Assembly: GCA_026417515.1 (NCBI GenBank)
Contig: JAOADC010000061.1
Span: 18,074-82,073, forward strand
Length of the DNA stretch: 64,000 nt
Reading direction: 5' to 3'
DNA from: Actinomycetota bacterium
GTDB lineage: Bacteria; Actinomycetota; Aquicultoria; SKW223
In this document: positions 57,974-64,000 of the stretch, piece by piece
Layout of the letters: each line of letters starts with the position of its first letter
Numbering within the stretch: position 1 is the first letter of the stretch
Program-made: the position numbers and the translations under genes
The notes under the pieces: model-generated
What the model saw: the letters and a program-made list of their open reading frames with translations, nothing else
Told to the model about the DNA's origin: nothing
Databases searched by the model: none

Positions 57974-58762
57974 TTGGTAATGACATCTGATTTGGAGCTT
58001 TCAAAAAAAGAGCTCGAAAAGCTCTGGAAAGAATATAAAGAGCAAGGGAAGGATTCTGCAAGACAGAAGCTAATCATTTATTACTCACCCCTTGCAAAGT
58101 ATATTGCAGGACGGATTGCTTCAAACCTGCCAAAATCCATTGACATTCAGGACCTTATTCAAAATGGCATACTTGGTTTAATAGACGCAATTGAGAAATT
58201 TGATCCCAATAGAGATATCAAATTTGAAACATACGCTCTTTCAAGGATAAAAGGTGCGATTATCGATAGTCTTCGCTCTCTTGATTGGCTACCAAGGACA
58301 TTGAGATTTAAGGTAAAAGAAATAGACAGAGTCTGTGCAGAACTTGAAAGTAAACTTAATAGACCACCCACCGAAGAAGAGATTGCTGAAGCAATGAATA
58401 TCTCTGTTGAGGAACTTCAGCAGATTCTTGCTGAGGCAAGGTTTTCATCAATAGTTGCCCTTGAAGATTCCTTTCCATCAGCTGATAGCAGAGAAGATGA
58501 AAAATCAGTTTACTATTCAATTGCTGATAAGGATGCCATTGATCCTTTTGAGGCTGCTGAAGAAAAAGAAATAAAAGAGTTACTGATAAAAGCAATCCAA
58601 GAATTACCTGAAAAAGAGCGAAAGGTAATTATTCTGTACTATTACTCTGGACTGACCCTTAAAGAAATAGGAGAACTTTTGGGTGTGACTGAATCCAGGG
58701 CTTCGCAATTGCACTCAAAAGCAATTTCCAGATTAAGAACTCAACTCAAAGAGATATATTAG
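57974..58762 (+). CDS. sigD: RNA polymerase sigma-28 factor, FliA/SigD/WhiG family
   Basis: Near-collinear similarity to B. subtilis SigD: LWKEYKE, GLIDAIEKFDP, DWLPRT, and the region 4 HTH LTLKEIGELLGVTESRASQLHSKA. Confidence 0.85.
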   Translation: MVMTSDLELSKKELEKLWKEYKEQGKDSARQKLIIYYSPLAKYIAGRIASNLPKSIDIQDLIQNGILGLIDAIEKFDPNRDIKFETYALSRIKGAIIDSLRSLDWLPRTLRFKVKEIDRVCAELESKLNRPPTEEEIAEAMNISVEELQQILAEARFSSIVALEDSFPSADSREDEKSVYYSIADKDAIDPFEAAEEKEIKELLIKAIQELPEKERKVIILYYYSGLTLKEIGELLGVTESRASQLHSKAISRLRTQLKEIY

Positions 58763-58905
58763 ACTTTTTCCAGTTTACTTTTTGCCTTCCTTCTGATATC
58801 ATTCGTTAATCTGGATTTAAATCGTACACTGGCCGTCTAATACCGGTCCCTGTACCTAGACGGGGCTATGGCTGGTGGAGAATAAAAAACCGGGAGGGAT
58901 TTAGA

Positions 58906-59772
58906 ATGCCGTTTGAAGTTACTATGAAAGACCTTCTTGAGGCCGGTGTTCATTTCGGCCACCAAACCCGCCGCTGGAATCCTAAGATGAAGCCTTATAT
59001 TTTTACAGAGCGGCACGGAATCTACATCATCGATCTCCAGAAAACAATCACTATGCTTGAGCAAGCGTACAACTATGTCAGAGATCTTGCTGCTGAAGGT
59101 GGTACTCTGCTCTTCGTTGGAACCAAGAAACAAGCGCGTGATGCTATAAAGGAACATGCTGAAAGATGTGATATGCCCTATGTAAACTACAGATGGTTGG
59201 GCGGAATGCTTACAAACTGGCAGACCATCTCAAAAAGAATCGATAGATTAATAGAATTAGAAAGAATGGCCGAATCAGGAGAGTTATCTTTTTACCCAAA
59301 AAAAGAAAGAATGATGCTTGAAAAAGAACTCGAAAAATTAAGGAGAAACCTCGGTGGAATAAGAAATATGAAAAGAATTCCTGATGCTGTTTTTATAATT
59401 GACACGAAGAAAGAAGAAATAGCTGTTAAGGAAGCAAGGAAACTTGGTGTACCGATTGTTGCTGTGATTGACACAAACTGTGATCCTGATGAGGTGGATG
59501 TAATCATACCTGGAAACGACGATGCCATACGTTCAGCAAACCTTCTTGCAAAGACAATTGCTGATGCTGTCATTGAAGGAAAGGGAATTTTTGAATCAAA
59601 GAAGGAAGAAGAAGCGGCTGCAGAAGAGGAATCTGAGTTGATCCATGTTTTTGTTTCTGAGGATGAACAAGAAACAAGAGCCAAAGCAGCTCCTATGAGT
59701 GATGATGAACTAGCAACAGAAGAAGAAATTGCTGGAATTAGAGTATTTGAACCAGAAGAAGATTCTGAATAG
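58906..59772 (+). CDS. rpsB: 30S ribosomal protein S2
   Basis: [15 protein letters not shown]-terminal signature and an acidic C-terminal tail. GGGAGGG RBS. Confidence 0.95.
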   Translation: MPFEVTMKDLLEAGVHFGHQTRRWNPKMKPYIFTERHGIYIIDLQKTITMLEQAYNYVRDLAAEGGTLLFVGTKKQARDAIKEHAERCDMPYVNYRWLGGMLTNWQTISKRIDRLIELERMAESGELSFYPKKERMMLEKELEKLRRNLGGIRNMKRIPDAVFIIDTKKEEIAVKEARKLGVPIVAVIDTNCDPDEVDVIIPGNDDAIRSANLLAKTIADAVIEGKGIFESKKEEEAAAEEESELIHVFVSEDEQETRAKAAPMSDDELATEEEIAGIRVFEPEEDSE

Positions 59773-59795
59773 TATTTTAAGGAGGGATTTGTAAG

Positions 59796-61715
<1,920 letters not shown>

Positions 61716-61716
61716 G

Positions 61717-62478
61717 ATGTTTTCTCTTAACGAATATCTCGACGAAATTCTTTCGCGCTATTACCATTTCAAGATAAAGAAATTGAAAAATTTGCCTTCC
61801 CATGTTGCCATTATTATGGACGGCAACGGTAGGTGGGCAAAAAAAAGAGGACTTCCAAGGACAGCAGGTCACAGAGCTGCTACCAGAAGCATAAGAAAGA
61901 TAATTGAAGCAAGCCTCCAATCTAAAATAAGATATTTATCTCTATTTGCTTTCTCCACTGAGAACTGGAAGAGGCCTAAAGAAGAAGTTGATTCAATACT
62001 TAAACTCATAGAAGAACAACTTAAAGAGAACCTTGAAGAACTCAACAGCAATGGTGTAAAAATCAAACTGGTAGGATCAAGAAGAAATCTACCAGAGTTT
62101 CTTATAAAAAGTTTTGAAGAGGCAGAGAAGAAAACATCTAAAAATGACAGGCTTACACTCTATATGTTAATTAATTATTCTGGAAGAAGAGAGATTCTCG
62201 AAGCTGTTGAAAAGATAATTGAGAATCCGGATTCGTTCGAAGCAAAAGAGGAGAAATTCAGAGAACTTCTTTACGAACCTGAAATGCCTGATCCCGATCT
62301 AATCATAAGAACGAGTGGAGAGATTAGAATATCAAATTTCTATCTATGGCAGTCTGCCTATTCAGAACTATACTTTACAAAGACACTGTTTCCTGATTTT
62401 AAAAAAAGTGAATTCTTTAAAGCACTAATGGACTATTCAAGGAGAAAAAGGCGTTTTGGTGGCCTGGCGGAGTTTTAA
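61717..62478 (+). CDS. uppS: undecaprenyl-diphosphate synthase (cis-prenyltransferase)
   Basis: HVAIIMDGNGRWA and the RTSGE.RIS.F motif. Confidence 0.95.
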   Translation: MFSLNEYLDEILSRYYHFKIKKLKNLPSHVAIIMDGNGRWAKKRGLPRTAGHRAATRSIRKIIEASLQSKIRYLSLFAFSTENWKRPKEEVDSILKLIEEQLKENLEELNSNGVKIKLVGSRRNLPEFLIKSFEEAEKKTSKNDRLTLYMLINYSGRREILEAVEKIIENPDSFEAKEEKFRELLYEPEMPDPDLIIRTSGEIRISNFYLWQSAYSELYFTKTLFPDFKKSEFFKALMDYSRRKRRFGGLAEF

Positions 62479-63233
62479 TGCTTAAGGAAAGAGTTATAAC
62501 GGCAATTATTGGTGGCCTATTGCTTCTTATTCTTATCTATCTTGGTGGCATATACGCTTATCTCCTTGTAGCTTTACTTGTGATTTTCTCCTCAATAGAA
62601 ATATCAAGAATTGCTGGATTCACAATAACTCAGCAGATTATTACCGTTTTTACATCTCTTGCTTCAGTTTACTTTTTTACTGAAAAAGCTTACTTTTATG
62701 CTATTTTTATTCTTCTCCCAATACTTGCCTTTAAAAATCAAAAGAAAAGGTCCAATTTTTACCCTTTTATATTTACGGTTTACACCATGCATGCCTTCAG
62801 TTGGTTTTACAGGTATTCAAAGACTGAAAATTCGCTTTTTCCTTTGATATATTTACTCTTGCTTGTCTGGGCAAACGATACTTTTGCATATTTTGCAGGA
62901 CTCTCTCTTGGTAGAAAAAAGATTGCTCCTTCAATATCTCCAAACAAGACTGTGGAAGGTACAATCATTGGCATTCTTGCAGGAACAGCCACCTTAACGA
63001 TTGCTTTAATCGTAAGTAAGGGGGATTTCAAAATCTTGAGTGCTATAATATATGGGTTGATTTTAAGCATCGCTGCCTTCGCAGGTGATTTGTTTGAATC
63101 TCATTATAAACGCTTCTACAATGTCAAGGATTCAGGAAAGATACTTCCAGGTCATGGTGGCATTCTCGATAGGTTTGATAGTTTGTTGATGGTTCTTACA
63201 ATTTCGTCATTAATTAATTTTTGGAGTTTTTAA
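62478..63233 (+). CDS. cdsA: phosphatidate cytidylyltransferase
   Basis: Polytopic protein with the C-terminal CDS signature (GDLFESHYKRFYNVKDSGKILPGHGGILDRFDS). Confidence 0.9.
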   Translation: MLKERVITAIIGGLLLLILIYLGGIYAYLLVALLVIFSSIEISRIAGFTITQQIITVFTSLASVYFFTEKAYFYAIFILLPILAFKNQKKRSNFYPFIFTVYTMHAFSWFYRYSKTENSLFPLIYLLLLVWANDTFAYFAGLSLGRKKIAPSISPNKTVEGTIIGILAGTATLTIALIVSKGDFKILSAIIYGLILSIAAFAGDLFESHYKRFYNVKDSGKILPGHGGILDRFDSLLMVLTISSLINFWSF

Positions 63234-63234
63234 A

Positions 63235-64000
63235 ATGGCAGTGAAAAAGATTGCCATATTTGGTTCAACAGGTTCTATTGGACGGCAGGCGCTTGAAGTT
63301 ATCTCTCACTATAGAAACGAATTTGAAATTGTGCTCCTTACTGGGTACAAGAATTATTTTCTTCTTAAAGAGCAGGCTCTCGAATTTAACGCAAGATACA
63401 TCTCAACTCCAGATGCACAGTCATTTGAATCATTAAAAGATGATCCTCAGGTAGGTTACAAACTGATTAACTTCAAACAAGCAACAGAGTTAATTCGCTC
63501 AGAAGAAGTTGAAGTTGTTCTTAACGCATTGGTAGGTGCATCGGGTTTAAAGATAACAATCGCATCCATATTATCGGCAAAGACGCTTTTGCTTGCAAAC
63601 AAGGAATCTCTCGTTATTGGTGGAGGCTTCATACAGGATTACCTTCCTAACTGGAGAAAGTTTGTAATACCTGTAGATTCTGAACATTCTGCCATTTTTC
63701 AAGCGCTTCTTGGGGAACAAATTGAAACTGTAAGCCAGATAATCTTAACAGCTTCTGGTGGTCCATTTTTTAATCTCTCGCTCGAAGAGTTAGAAAAAGT
63801 TACTTCTGAGGATGCATTGAAGCACCCCACCTGGAAAATGGGTCAAAAAATAACTATTGATTCAGCAACACTGATGAACAAAGGACTTGAAGTGATTGAA
63901 GCCCACTACCTGTTCAATATCCCATATGAGAAGATCAAGGTTGTGATACACAGACAGAGCATTGTGCACGGAATGATCCTTTTTTCTGATGGCACCATTA
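63235..64000 (+). CDS. dxr: 1-deoxy-D-xylulose 5-phosphate reductoisomerase, N-terminal part; the frame runs off the window end
   Basis: MAVKKIAIFGSTGSIGRQALEVI NADPH-binding N-terminus. The frame is open to nt 64000. The ORF track does not list it because it has no stop in the window. Confidence 0.9.
   Translation, partial: MAVKKIAIFGSTGSIGRQALEVISHYRNEFEIVLLTGYKNYFLLKEQALEFNARYISTPDAQSFESLKDDPQVGYKLINFKQATELIRSEEVEVVLNALVGASGLKITIASILSAKTLLLANKESLVIGGGFIQDYLPNWRKFVIPVDSEHSAIFQALLGEQIETVSQIILTASGGPFFNLSLEELEKVTSEDALKHPTWKMGQKITIDSATLMNKGLEVIEAHYLFNIPYEKIKVVIHRQSIVHGMILFSDGTI

Noticed and set aside
63251-63436. 61-aa + strand ORF from the track
   Set aside because: It is out of frame with dxr, which runs uninterrupted from 63235 to the window end in another frame. 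It is a shadow ORF.

Overview
Compact bacterial core-genome segment, low-GC with K/E-rich proteins, almost fully coding. The gene order resembles Firmicutes, and B. subtilis in particular. It carries recN (3' end), an actinobacteria-type recN-steA-steB-like trio, pyrG, ffh-rpsP-KH-rimM-trmD-[two multiheme cytochromes]-rplS-lepB, fabH-fabD-fabG-acpP-fabF-rnc, an inserted non-core block, smc-ftsY, nudix-xerD, pdp, a DHH-CBS-CCA enzyme fusion, trpS-scpA-scpB-rluB, a P-type ATPase, a cobalamin riboswitch driving btuFCD-cobO-thiD-like, rpmB/asp23-yloV-degV-recG-rsmD-coaD-yceD-rpmF-plsX-rnhB, trmFO-xerC-sigD(fliA)-rpsB-tsf-pyrH-frr-uppS-cdsA-dxr (3' partial). I see no CRISPR array, IS or transposon, or rRNA or tRNA genes. 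The strongest leads are: (1) a 10-heme plus 15-heme pair of membrane-anchored cytochromes c inserted inside the otherwise universal trmD-rplS operon; (2) an uncharacterised block between rnc and smc; (3) sigD/fliA stranded between xerC and rpsB with the whole fla/che operon missing; (4) a clean AdoCbl riboswitch; (5) several conserved uncharacterised proteins coupled to housekeeping genes. All calls rest on motif-level reading of the translations and have not been checked against databases.
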